Below are positions 40,707-50,800 of a stretch of 64,000 nucleotides of DNA, in pieces; within the stretch, counting starts at the first letter, position 1; every line of letters starts with the position of its first letter. The stretch comes from Clostridia bacterium. GTDB taxonomy: Bacteria > Bacillota > Clostridia > Oscillospirales > CAG-272. Both the position numbers and the translations under genes were made by a program. Location: NCBI GenBank assembly GCA_017454525.1, contig JAFTCT010000034.1, positions 7,237-71,236 of the forward strand, in the 5' to 3' direction. The notes under the pieces were generated by a model. It saw only the letters and a list, made by a program, of their open reading frames with translations. It ran no database searches and was not told the DNA's origin.

Positions 40707-41984
40707 ATGCTGATCGATCAGGTCAAGATCTACGTGCGCAGCGGAGACGGCGGCAACGGCAGCGTTTCCTTTCACAGGGAAAAATACGTTGCGCAGGGCG
40801 GTCCGGACGGCGGCGACGGCGGAAACGGCGGCAGCGTCGTTTTCTACGTCGATCCCGGCGACAATACGCTGCTGAAGTACAAGTATAAAAGAAAATTCGT
40901 CGCTGAAAACGGCGGAAACGGAAAGGGCGACAAATTTCACGGCGCACGCGGCAAGGATCTCCGTCTGCCCGTACCGCCGGGAACCGTGATCAAGGACGCG
41001 GAAAGCGGAAAAGTGATCAAGGATCTGTCCGAAATCGGCGAAGAGTTCGTTCTGCTGAAAGGCGGAAAGGGCGGATGGGGCAACAGGCATTTCGCAACTT
41101 CTACGAGGCAGGTCCCGCGCTTTGCCAAGAACGGGACGCGCGGGAAGGAAGCGGAAGTGATCCTGGAACTCAAAATGATCGCCGACGTGGGGCTGATCGG
41201 GTTGCCGAACGTCGGAAAATCGTCGATCCTCGCGGCGATCAGCGACGCGAGGCCGAGGATCGCCAATTATCATTTCACAACGCTTTCCCCGAATCTCGGC
41301 GTGGTGAGGATCGGCGACGGCTGCGGCTTTGTCGCCGCGGATATTCCGGGGCTGATCGAAGGCGCTTCGGAAGGCGCGGGGCTCGGACATGATTTCCTGC
41401 GCCACGTAGACAGATGCAGACTGCTCATCCACGTCGTCGACGTATCGATGTGCGAAGGCAGGGACCCCGTGGAAGATATCAAAACGATCAATGAGGAATT
41501 GCGCGCATACAGCAAAGAACTGTCGTCCAGACCGCAGATCATCGCCGCGAACAAGTGCGACTGCATCGATGAAACGCTCTTTGACAGAGCCGCTTTTGAA
41601 GAATTCGCGTCAAAGAATTCCGTGAAACTCGTTTACGTTTCCGCGATGACCGGCGAAAACCTCGACGGACTCGTTCACGCCGCGGCGGAGCTTCTGAAGG
41701 ATCTGCCGGAGATCACGCGCTATGAAAGCGAAATGGATCTGAACGGCGATACGCTGCCGGACGACAGAAGCGTTGAGATCAGAAACGTAAACGGCGTATA
41801 TTACGTTGAGGCGGAATGGCTGTATAATCTGATGGGCGGGATCAATTTCGACGACAGGGAATCGCTCATGTATTTTCAGCGCGTACTGCGCTCTTCCGGC
41901 GTGATCGCCGCGCTCGTTGAAAAAGGGTGCAAAGACGGCGATACCGTGAATATGTACGATTTTGAATTTGATTTCATGGATTGA
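40707..41984 (+). CDS. obg: GTPase Obg/CgtA
   Basis: It has a Gly-rich Obg fold ('GGDGGNGG', 'GG.GG.GN'), G1 'GLPNVGKSS', G3 'DIPGLIEGA', and a C-terminal OCT/TGS-like domain. Confidence 0.95.
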   Translation: MLIDQVKIYVRSGDGGNGSVSFHREKYVAQGGPDGGDGGNGGSVVFYVDPGDNTLLKYKYKRKFVAENGGNGKGDKFHGARGKDLRLPVPPGTVIKDAESGKVIKDLSEIGEEFVLLKGGKGGWGNRHFATSTRQVPRFAKNGTRGKEAEVILELKMIADVGLIGLPNVGKSSILAAISDARPRIANYHFTTLSPNLGVVRIGDGCGFVAADIPGLIEGASEGAGLGHDFLRHVDRCRLLIHVVDVSMCEGRDPVEDIKTINEELRAYSKELSSRPQIIAANKCDCIDETLFDRAAFEEFASKNSVKLVYVSAMTGENLDGLVHAAAELLKDLPEITRYESEMDLNGDTLPDDRSVEIRNVNGVYYVEAEWLYNLMGGINFDDRESLMYFQRVLRSSGVIAALVEKGCKDGDTVNMYDFEFDFMD

Positions 41985-42047
41985 CAAACCGCCCGCGGAT
42001 ATGGTAATATACGGTAAATGACGGTACGGTATCAAACGGAGAATCCT

Positions 42048-42938
42048 ATGGATAAAAAAGCGCTCTTAATCATAAACCCGCGCGCCGGGAAGATGAGCTT
42101 CAGAAACAGTTTTTACAGTGTTGTAAAAACTCTTTCCGACGCGGATTATGCGATCGAGGTCTATATCACCAAGGGAAAAGGCGACGCCGAGCGGCTTGCT
42201 TTCGAGCGCGGCGGAGGCGACGAACTGATCATTGCCTGCGGCGGCGACGGAACGCTCAACGAGACGCTGTCCGGGCTGTCAAGGGCGAAGCCCGGCGCAA
42301 AGGTCGGCTATATACCCTGCGGATCGACCAATGATTTCGCCTCCTCCATCGGCATTCCCGGAAAACCCGTGTTTGCAGTAAAACAGATCGTTGAAGACTC
42401 GTTCGTTTCACTTGATCTCGGAAAATTCAATGACCGCTATTTTACCTATACCGCGTCCTTCGGCGCTTTTACGGCGGCGTCCTACGATACGCCGCAGAAT
42501 CTGAAAAACACGCTCGGACACTTTGCGTATATCCTGAGCGCGGCAAAACAGTTGTCCGGCACGCGCCCCGTCAAAGTGAAGGTGACCGCAGACGATTATA
42601 CGGAAGAGGGCGAATTCATCTACGGCGGCGTTTCCAATACGATCTCGATCGGGGGCGTCTATACGCTCGCCGAGGAGGACGTCGTCATGAACGACGGGAC
42701 TTTTGAATTGATCATGATGCGCCGCCCGTCGTCTCCCGCGGGTTACGTCAATACGCTTCTGAACATCGCCGCGCGCAAATATGACGATCCGAATCTTTTG
42801 TTCAGACACGTAAAGCACGCCGTATTCGAATGCGAAGAAGAGATCCCCTACACACTGGACGGCGAATTCGGCGGTAATCACCGGCGTGCGGAGATCCGCT
42901 GCATGAACAACGCTTACCGGATCAACGGAAAACCGTAA
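42048..42938 (+). CDS. YegS/BmrU-family lipid (diacylglycerol) kinase
   Basis: It has 'NP.AG' near the N-terminus, the 'GGDGT.NE' motif and 'P.GS.NDFA'. GGAGA lies 6 nt before the ATG at 42048. A promoter-like TTGACA-18 bp-TGgTAATAT lies at 41981-42010. Confidence 0.85.
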   Translation: MDKKALLIINPRAGKMSFRNSFYSVVKTLSDADYAIEVYITKGKGDAERLAFERGGGDELIIACGGDGTLNETLSGLSRAKPGAKVGYIPCGSTNDFASSIGIPGKPVFAVKQIVEDSFVSLDLGKFNDRYFTYTASFGAFTAASYDTPQNLKNTLGHFAYILSAAKQLSGTRPVKVKVTADDYTEEGEFIYGGVSNTISIGGVYTLAEEDVVMNDGTFELIMMRRPSSPAGYVNTLLNIAARKYDDPNLLFRHVKHAVFECEEEIPYTLDGEFGGNHRRAEIRCMNNAYRINGKP

Positions 42939-42976
42939 ACCGGTATGCTGATAATCAGATCAAAAAGGAGGACGGC

Positions 42977-43480
42977 ATGGAATATCTTGACGTATATGAT
43001 GAAAATGCGCAGAAGACCGGAAAAGTCATAGTGCGCGGAACGCCGCTTGCGCAGGGTGAGTATTCCATGGCAGTCCATTTGTACATCTATGATGAGAACG
43101 GCTGTTTCCTGATACAGAAGCGCTCGAAGAACAAGAAGTCTCTTCCCGGGATCTGGAGCGTGACCTGCGGAGCGGTTTCTTCCGGTGAGGACAGTTTACA
43201 TGCGGGCATCCGGGAAGCGCGGGAAGAGATCGGTTTGCCGCTGAAAGAGCGTCAGCTGGTATTCGTCTCGAGGATCAAAAGGCGCAGAAGTTTCATTGAC
43301 GTCTATTTCGTCCGGGATGACTTCCATATCGAGGACTGCGTTCTTCAGAAGGAAGAGGTAGACGAAGTGCGCCTGACCTCCGCCTCCGCGCTTCTTGACA
43401 TGATCAAAGCGTCGGAAAAGGCGAACAGCACCTATACTTTTACAGTGGAAAAGGCGATGAGGGATCGGAAACTGATCTGA
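42977..43480 (+). CDS. NUDIX hydrolase
   Basis: It has the Nudix box 'G.....GE....A..RE..EE.G' ('GAVSSGEDSLHAGIREAREEIGL'). Confidence 0.85.
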   Translation: MEYLDVYDENAQKTGKVIVRGTPLAQGEYSMAVHLYIYDENGCFLIQKRSKNKKSLPGIWSVTCGAVSSGEDSLHAGIREAREEIGLPLKERQLVFVSRIKRRRSFIDVYFVRDDFHIEDCVLQKEEVDEVRLTSASALLDMIKASEKANSTYTFTVEKAMRDRKLI

Positions 43481-43487
43481 CCCGCAC

Positions 43488-43516
43488 CCGGCGGGACCGG
43501 GCGCACGCCGGTTTTT
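43488..43516 (+). terminator. Rho-independent terminator
   Basis: CCGGCG (43488-43493) pairs with CGCCGG (43506-43511), followed by TTTTT. Confidence 0.6.
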
Positions 43517-43560
43517 GACCGTCACCTGCCGGAAAAACAGTCTGTCGAAAGGTTATTGAT

Positions 43561-45459
43561 ATGATCGTTCTATCGGTCAACTCCGTTTCATTTTCTGTCG
43601 GCGCCGACGATATTCTGACCGACGTTTCCTTCTCGGTAAAGGAAGGGGACCGGCTCGGGATCGTCGGCGTTAACGGTGCGGGGAAGTCCACGCTCTTAAA
43701 GATCATAACGGGAAGAACAGAGCCGACCTCCGGCTCCGTGTTTTTGAAAAAAGACGCCTCCGTCGCAATGCTCGACCAAAACGAAGGCGTTTCGGGCGAG
43801 AAAACGCCCTATGAGGAACTGCAAACGGCGTTCGGAGATCTGACGAATATCGAGAACCGTCTGGACGTTCTGTCGGAAGAAATGCGCGGCGGAAGCGTTA
43901 CTGCGGAAAAGGAATATCACGACCTTGAGGAAAGGTTTTCCGCGCGCGGCGGATACGCGTATAAAAGCAGGATCAGAGGAGTCCTGCGGTCGCTCGGATT
44001 CGACGCCGACAGCGCCGCGCCCTGCAGCCGTCTGTCAGGCGGTCAGAAGACGCGCCTTGCTTTAGCAAAGGTTTTGCTGCGCGATCCGGACGTCATGATC
44101 CTCGACGAACCTACGAACCACCTCGATACCGCGACGCTCAAATGGCTTGAGGACTATCTTGCGCAGTTCAGAAAGACCCTTATCGTCGTTTCGCACGACC
44201 GTTATTTTCTGGACAGACTGACGACGCATACGCTCGATATCGAGCGCGGGAAAGCAAAGCTCTACAGCGGAGGCTATACCGAATTCGTCAAAAAGAAAAA
44301 GACCGACCGTGAGATCGCGGAGCGTCATTATATCAATCAGCAGCGCGAGATCAAACGTATCGAGGAGTATATCGCGCTGCAGAGAAAATGGAACAGGGAA
44401 CGCAACATCATCGCGGCGGAGAGCAGGCAGAAAATGCTTGACCGAATGGTCAGGCTGGACAAGCCGCAGGGCGAACTGAAGACTATTGCAATGAGATTTG
44501 AATCGGGCATCCCGAGCGGTGAAGACGTACTGACCGTGAAGGATCTCTCGAAGTCCTACGGATCACACGTTCTGTTCTCCGGGCTGTCTTTTGAAGTGAA
44601 GCGCGGCGACCGACTGTTTATCATCGGTCATAACGGTTGCGGTAAATCCACGCTCATGAAGATCCTGATGCAGCGGATCCCTTCCGACGCGGGCGTATGT
44701 GCGTACGGATATAATCTGACGATCGGTTATTTTGATCAGGAGAATCAGAATCTTGATCCGCAGAACACGGTTCTTGACGAACTGTGGAACACCGATGTGC
44801 AGATGACGCAGACGAAGGTGCGCAGCGCGCTCGCTCTGTTCCGCTTTACGGGCGATGACGTCGGCAAGCGGGTATCCGTGCTCTCGGGCGGCGAGCGGGC
44901 GAGACTGACGTTTTCCAAACTGATTTTGAAAGAGCATAATTTGCTCCTACTCGACGAGCCGTCCAATCACCTCGATCTCTCGTCCAAAGAGGTTTTGGAG
45001 GAAGCGCTCTCGGATTACGACGGAACGCTCGTCTGCGTGTCGCACGACCGCTATTTCATCGATAAACTCTCGACGAAGATCCTTGATTTTGACGGTCCGG
45101 ACGGCGCGCCGTTCCTTTTTGACGGAACGTACGCCCAGTATCTTCGCTTCAGAGAGAACGCGCGGTCAAACGTGAAAGCGCAAGCCGAAGCAGCCCCTCC
45201 GGCGGAAGGGAAACAGGCGTATCTCGACGCGAAGCGCAGTCAGGCGGAAAAAAGAAAGAATAAGGCGCGCTATGAGAAGGCGCTTTCCCGCGCCCGGGAG
45301 ATCGAAGAGCGGCTGTCCTCGATCGAAGAGGACGAGAAGGCGCACGAGAGCAATTACGTCCGGTTGTCCGAACTTCACGGGGAGAAAGAGGCGCTTGAAG
45401 AGACGCTTCTCGCTCTTTACGAAGAAATCGAAGAATATGAAAAGAACGGTCCCGCGTGA
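43561..45459 (+). CDS. ABC-F family ATPase (two NBDs, no TMD, C-terminal coiled coil)
   Basis: It has two Walker A motifs ('GVNGAGKST', 'GHNGCGKST'), two signature motifs ('LSGGQK', 'LSGGER') and a charged K/E-rich tail. Confidence 0.9.
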   Translation: MIVLSVNSVSFSVGADDILTDVSFSVKEGDRLGIVGVNGAGKSTLLKIITGRTEPTSGSVFLKKDASVAMLDQNEGVSGEKTPYEELQTAFGDLTNIENRLDVLSEEMRGGSVTAEKEYHDLEERFSARGGYAYKSRIRGVLRSLGFDADSAAPCSRLSGGQKTRLALAKVLLRDPDVMILDEPTNHLDTATLKWLEDYLAQFRKTLIVVSHDRYFLDRLTTHTLDIERGKAKLYSGGYTEFVKKKKTDREIAERHYINQQREIKRIEEYIALQRKWNRERNIIAAESRQKMLDRMVRLDKPQGELKTIAMRFESGIPSGEDVLTVKDLSKSYGSHVLFSGLSFEVKRGDRLFIIGHNGCGKSTLMKILMQRIPSDAGVCAYGYNLTIGYFDQENQNLDPQNTVLDELWNTDVQMTQTKVRSALALFRFTGDDVGKRVSVLSGGERARLTFSKLILKEHNLLLLDEPSNHLDLSSKEVLEEALSDYDGTLVCVSHDRYFIDKLSTKILDFDGPDGAPFLFDGTYAQYLRFRENARSNVKAQAEAAPPAEGKQAYLDAKRSQAEKRKNKARYEKALSRAREIEERLSSIEEDEKAHESNYVRLSELHGEKEALEETLLALYEEIEEYEKNGPA

Positions 45460-45480
45460 ATGGCGAGACCGTTCTTTTTG
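45443..45480. terminator. Terminator hairpin shared by convergent genes
   Basis: AGAACGGTC (45443-45451) pairs with GACCGTTCT (45467-45475), followed by TTTTT. It overlaps the ABC-F stop codon. Confidence 0.7.
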
Positions 45481-45486
45481 GCGCAT

Positions 45487-47517
45487 TTATTGCTGATTGT
45501 TCTTTATCATTTTGCGCTTCCGCTTGTTGCGGTACATCGCGTCGTCCGCCAGTTTTTCAAGCAGCCGGTAATCGTTGTAGCCGCGTGAATACGCGTATCC
45601 GAACGAGAAGCCGAGCGGGATCTCCTCGCCGTTCTTCAGACGGACCGTCACGTTGTCCTGATACTGCGCAAGCTTGCCGATGATCTCCTCGAGTTCCTCC
45701 TTGCTTCGTCTGTTGAAGAGGAAGAGGATGAATTCATCTCCGCCGATCCTTCCGCAGATCCCGTCTTCATTCTCGTATTCGCGCAGAACCGACGCGAGTC
45801 CGCAGAGATAGGCGTCGCCGTTTTCGTGCCCGTACTTGTCGTTGACTTTCTTTAATCCGTCGGCGTCGAGCAGGATCATCAGACCGTGATCGAGTTCCTT
45901 GTAGGAATCAAAGAGACGGTCGAGTTTCCGTTCGACGGCGCGCCGGTTATAAAGTCCCGTCAGGATATCGATATCGCGCTCTGCTTCGATCTTCCTTCTC
46001 TTGTTGATCTCCTCGGTGACGTCCGCGACGATGCCGAGCACACCGTTGTTGTGTTCGGTCTCCTTGATCCTGATGTAAACGTCTTCCTTGCCGCTGAGAT
46101 GAAAGATCCCGTTCTCATTCTCGACGACGTTCTTGAAAAGTCCGCTCATGAACGCCTTGAAAAGCGCGACGTCGCTGGAAATCTGCCTCATCTGCGCTTC
46201 GTCGATCTGAAGGATCGAGGGAAGGTTCTCGGTAAAGCGCACGCGCTTCATATATTCGTTATATTCATACACGCCCACGTGCATTTCCGACTGGTTCAGA
46301 ACAAAGGAGATCTTGTCGGTACTGGTCAGAAGACTGCTGACCATGGCGTTGATATGGTCGCTCAACTCCGAGAATTCCAGGCTGTCTCTGATATTGATGC
46401 TTTCTTCGAGATTGCCGAGCGTGATCCGTCTCAGACTGGTATTGACGTTCTCGATGTTCCTGATCACGAACTTGTTGATGTGAATCAGGATCGACACGAA
46501 CAGGAAGACCACGATCAGCAGGATGCTGCCCATGAGCGTCAGTTCGTTCGAAATGATCGTTCGGTTGACTTCACGCGTATCGACGATACGGAGGAGGTAA
46601 TAGCCGTCGTGCATCCGTGATACGCAGAAATACTCGACGTCTCCGTCCTTGACGTTGAAGCCCGTTCCGTCGTCATTCTGCATCATTTCCAAAGTGACGC
46701 CGAAGTCCGCGCACGTGACCGCTTCGTTATCGACGTTCGTCGACGCGAGGATTACGCCGTTTGCGGCGTCGACCGCGTACAAAAGGTCGTTGCCTTTTTT
46801 GAACATGAAGAAGACGTAGGACAACTCGTACTGCTTCATCGAGTGTTCGATCGTAGACAGCTTCGTGCCGATCTCTATAAGGAATTCCTTCTTATTCGAA
46901 CTCCAGACCATCGAGTACTGCATCGGATCGGATTTCGCCGTATTCGGCATAACTTCCTGATAGAGACGCGATACGCCGTTCTCGTTTACCATTTGCTTGA
47001 AGAACGCCATTTGTGCGCCGTCGTTCAGATCATAACCGTAATAATCGGTGACCGTTCCGAAGATGATCGTTGCGTTGCCGCCGGGGGCGTCGAAATCCGG
47101 GGTCAGGATATTGATCTCGTCGACCTCGGCGAGTGTCGCGATCTTATTCAGTTCCTTATACGCCGTATACTCCTCGCTCGTCAACTGGTAATTGTTCTTT
47201 TCCTTGATCAATTGAAATTCTTTCTTCGACATATGCTCAAGCGTCTTCAAAAGGGAGGGCGACTGGCTGATCATGTAGGAGACGCAGTCCGCTTTGTTAA
47301 AGCTTTTCGCCTTATACTCCGACTGCATATCAGACAACGCGCTGTCATTTGCTTCCAGCACGTCGGTGATATCCTCGAAGATATCCGAGGATTCGTCGAT
47401 CAGTCTCTTTTTTGACGCCGCGAACTGAATGATGAACGAGGCGATGAGTATCACCGCGGTCATGACGATCGCGATCAAAAAGACGTATCGGACGATCTTT
47501 TCTCTCAATCTCAGCAT
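45487..47517 (-). CDS. Membrane sensor diguanylate cyclase (extracytoplasmic Cache-like domain, HAMP, GGDEF)
   Basis: It has two TM segments flanking a ~300-aa extracytoplasmic domain and a HAMP-like segment. The 'RIGGDEF' active site is intact and no RxxD I-site is evident upstream of it. The ATG at 47517 follows GGGAGCAGGA. Confidence 0.85.
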   Translation of the reverse strand: MLRLREKIVRYVFLIAIVMTAVILIASFIIQFAASKKRLIDESSDIFEDITDVLEANDSALSDMQSEYKAKSFNKADCVSYMISQSPSLLKTLEHMSKKEFQLIKEKNNYQLTSEEYTAYKELNKIATLAEVDEINILTPDFDAPGGNATIIFGTVTDYYGYDLNDGAQMAFFKQMVNENGVSRLYQEVMPNTAKSDPMQYSMVWSSNKKEFLIEIGTKLSTIEHSMKQYELSYVFFMFKKGNDLLYAVDAANGVILASTNVDNEAVTCADFGVTLEMMQNDDGTGFNVKDGDVEYFCVSRMHDGYYLLRIVDTREVNRTIISNELTLMGSILLIVVFLFVSILIHINKFVIRNIENVNTSLRRITLGNLEESINIRDSLEFSELSDHINAMVSSLLTSTDKISFVLNQSEMHVGVYEYNEYMKRVRFTENLPSILQIDEAQMRQISSDVALFKAFMSGLFKNVVENENGIFHLSGKEDVYIRIKETEHNNGVLGIVADVTEEINKRRKIEAERDIDILTGLYNRRAVERKLDRLFDSYKELDHGLMILLDADGLKKVNDKYGHENGDAYLCGLASVLREYENEDGICGRIGGDEFILFLFNRRSKEELEEIIGKLAQYQDNVTVRLKNGEEIPLGFSFGYAYSRGYNDYRLLEKLADDAMYRNKRKRKMIKNNQQ

Positions 47518-47663
47518 TATGTCCTGCTCCCAATAAAAAAACTGCTCACAGCTATAGCCATGGCAGAACAAAAAAAGAGTGCAACTGGCTGCCATTTGAG
47601 GCCCTATAGCTTTGCGTCGCCGGATTTCTCCGGTTTTGCCGATATTCAGTTCAAAACTAATTT

Positions 47664-47692
47664 ATATTAGCATAGAATGTCGCGTTTGTCAA
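47664..47692 (-). promoter_or_regulatory. Sigma-A-type promoter for the diguanylate cyclase gene
   Basis: On the minus strand it reads TTGACA (47687-47692), a 17 bp spacer, then TAATAT (47664-47669). This implies a leader of about 140 nt. Confidence 0.6.
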
Positions 47693-47747
47693 CAGTAATT
47701 TGAAAAATTTTCAACATATAATTATATCTTTTTATAATTATTCACTA

Positions 47748-47776
47748 TTGACGGTAAAACTGAATTATGATATATT
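47748..47776 (+). promoter_or_regulatory. Candidate sigma-A promoter (extended -10) for the giant gene
   Basis: It reads TTGACG (47748-47753), a 17 bp spacer, then TGaTATATT (-10 at 47771-47776), within an AT-rich divergent intergenic region. Confidence 0.5.
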
Positions 47777-47836
47777 TATTATTGAAAGACGGTCGATCGG
47801 ACCGGTATGCGCCGAAAGGCAGATCGGAGAGAACCC

Positions 47837-50800
47837 ATGAAGAGAGCACTTTCGTTCATTTTAAGCGTTTTGATGATCGTTTCCCTGGCTGTTCCGTACT
47901 CCCTGCTCGTTCATTCGACGCCGGTTCAGAGCGGAGAAGCGTCTTCGGACGAACTATTTGAAAAAGCGGTCGTCTCGGTAGGAAAGCCGGTGACGATCGG
48001 CGCCAAAAAAACGTCTGTACCGAAGGTGACGGACGGGATCACGAATACCAACAACAACTATACCGACTCCACGAATTACGGTACCGTTGCGCCCCGTTCA
48101 CAAGCGGCGGTGAGCACATGTTACGTGGAAATCGATCTCGGAAAAGAGTATCCCGTTTCGGCGATCAACACCGTGACGTACGTAAAAGGCAGCCGTGTGT
48201 ATAAATGGGACGCGTATCTCTCGACGGATAACAGCCGTCCGATCGACGAGTGGACGCTTGCCGGAGGAAAAACCACGGACGAGGTCTCGACCTACGACGG
48301 GTATACGCTGACCTTCAATCCCGTGAACGCACGCTACGTCCGCGTTTACGGTACGGCGAACAGCGATAACACCTCTTTTCACTGGCTTGAAGTCCTGGTC
48401 TACGCGGAGCTGTGCAGCGTTTCCGCGGGCAAGACGGCTGCGGCGGGCAGCGGCGCCGACGCGGCGGTCGTGACTGACAAAGAGAAAACAAACGACGGAT
48501 GTATCGATATCCCCTGGGGCTCTTCGTCGGGAAACGCGTCCTCCGCGTACGGCGTCTCGGGAAACTGTTATGTGGAGATCGATCTGGAGGAAGTCCGGCT
48601 TCTGTCCGAGATCAACGTCGTGAACTACCTCAATACCGGCAGGTATTATCAGTGGGAGGCGTACGGTTCCTGCGACCGCAACGCGCCGGTGTCCTCCTGG
48701 AGGAAACTGTGTGAGAACAAGTCGAAATGCGTGTCTACGGCGCACGGCGTTACGGTTTCCTTTGAACCCGCGCCCGTCAGATACCTGAGGATCTACGGTA
48801 CCTACAACTCCGCCAATACCGGTTATCATTTCGTAGAGGTGACCGCGTATTCGGGAAACAAAGTGAAGGCAAACGCCGCCGGCGGGAAAACCGCGTTTTT
48901 GTCTGACGGCAGTATGAGCGGATCTCTTACGGACAGCGCGCTCGACGTGCCGGTGTCGTTCGGCGCATGGGGAAGCGATCCGGGAGACGAAGCAAGCTCC
49001 TTCGGCATTTCCGGCGGCTGTTACGCGGAGATCGATCTCGGAAGTGCAACGGATATCTTCGCAATATTCGTTCAGAATCCGGATAAGAATTATAAATGGG
49101 CGGCTTATTCTGCGCCTGACCGCACGCTGCCGATCGCGCAGTGGAATAAACTGGGCGGAAAGGAAGAGCTCGCGGCAAATGCCGCGCACGAGATCGGTTT
49201 TGACGTTCACAGCGCGCGCTACGTCCGGATCTACGGACTGTACAACGCCAGAGGCGGGCAGTTCCATGCAAACGAAATTGCCGTGTACGCCGCAAGTAAA
49301 CAGAAAACATCCGTCTTCGGTATTGAACCGGTAGGCGACGGATTTGTGAATCTGAAATCCAAAGACGCAACAAACGGTTTTGCGCTGCAGACCGTGGTAA
49401 AGATCCTTGACGGAGACGTTTCGGCAGAAGAACTGAAAGAAAAACTGACAAACGGCTCTTATTCTGCGCATCTTGTGTTCACGGATCCCTACGGTTCACC
49501 CTATGAGATCTCAGCGGATCCGCACCGTTACGACGGCGACGACGTGTGGTATTTCGAGCCCGTTTTGAAGGGATTTGTGCCGGTGAAAGGGCAGTACTAC
49601 ACCCTGCGCATCGATATCTATAACAGACAGGGCGACCTTTGCTATACTGCGAGCGGCGAGCCCTTCGTCTGCCTGTTCAATCCCGTTTACGTCTACGACG
49701 AAGGTCTGCCCGGCGCCTATACAGCGCCTGTTTCCATTCTTTCATATCCAAGCGGCACGCCCGCGGTACTGTCAAACGGTGCGCCCGTCCTTAGAGTTTC
49801 GGGACTTCACGATCGCTATTTCGCCGAAAGCGATCCGGAAGCGGACGGCTTTGATCTCTCAAGAAGCGTCAGATTTTTCGTCGACGGCGTGGAATACCTT
49901 GATCCGCACTTCGTACCCGTCGGAGGGAAATCATATTCCGACCGTACGGCGGAAGCGGATATGAGAACGCTCGGCTTCGCGCCGTCCGCAGGGATCTCCC
50001 ATCATATCGAGATCAGCGTGTACTCGCCTTCCTATCCCTCTGGCGCGACCGTAACGGAGGAACGCGGCTTCCTTCCCGCCGCCTCCTTTTCAAGCGAGGT
50101 GACCGGCGAGATCGGATACTCCTATGAGATCTACGAGTCGGAAGGGGACGTCACCGTCAGTTTCATTAACGGCAGTTATCTTCTGACGGCGACAGGCGCG
50201 CACAAGCCCGGATACACCTTCAAGGGATGGTATTCGGACGGTCTGCTCATTTCGACCGAACAGACCTATACGTTCCCTGCGGCGTCCGGGGAAAACCGGC
50301 TGATCGTCGGTATGTACGTACCTTCGTCCGGTGAACAGACGGGTGTACAGGACCCGCCCGACGATCACGGCGCCGAGATCTCGAACGGCGCGCTTCCGGG
50401 GCTGACGTACAGTTTCAATAACGACCTGAAGGGATCCGCGGCAGGCACGGTCACATTCGAAGCGACAGCTTCCGGAACCTATTCCTTCTTCTGGCTTGAC
50501 GCCATGGATCGCAAACTTTCCGCGTCCATGAACGGCAAGATCATTCCGTATTCTTCGATCAGGACCGCGCAGGTTTCCGCCGGAGGGTCCCTCTCCTTTG
50601 ACCTTCAGCCCTATACGGCGATCCCGTACGGCGCAAAGAAGATCGCTGTGTATAAGGGCTCGGCGATGACCGTTTCGCTTGCGCTTCCGGAGGAGAAACT
50701 GTTAGCGGAAGAATACCGGTACGCCTACGGTCTGATGTCCGACCTGCACTACAATACCTTCCCGAAATACGTGGAGGGCGGCGGCGAAACGGACTATGCG

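Noticed and set aside
43561-45459. The ABC-F ATPase as an antibiotic-resistance (ARE) ribosome-protection factor
   Set aside because: The inter-NBD linker (~70 aa) and the long charged C-terminal tail look like housekeeping Uup/YdiF-type ABC-F proteins. The subfamily cannot be assigned without a phylogeny.
47777-47836. The giant-gene leader as a c-di-GMP (GEMM) or other riboswitch, given the adjacent GGDEF gene
   Set aside because: The leader is only about 55 nt long and contains just one 5-bp hairpin. I could find none of the conserved GEMM-I or GEMM-II sequence blocks.
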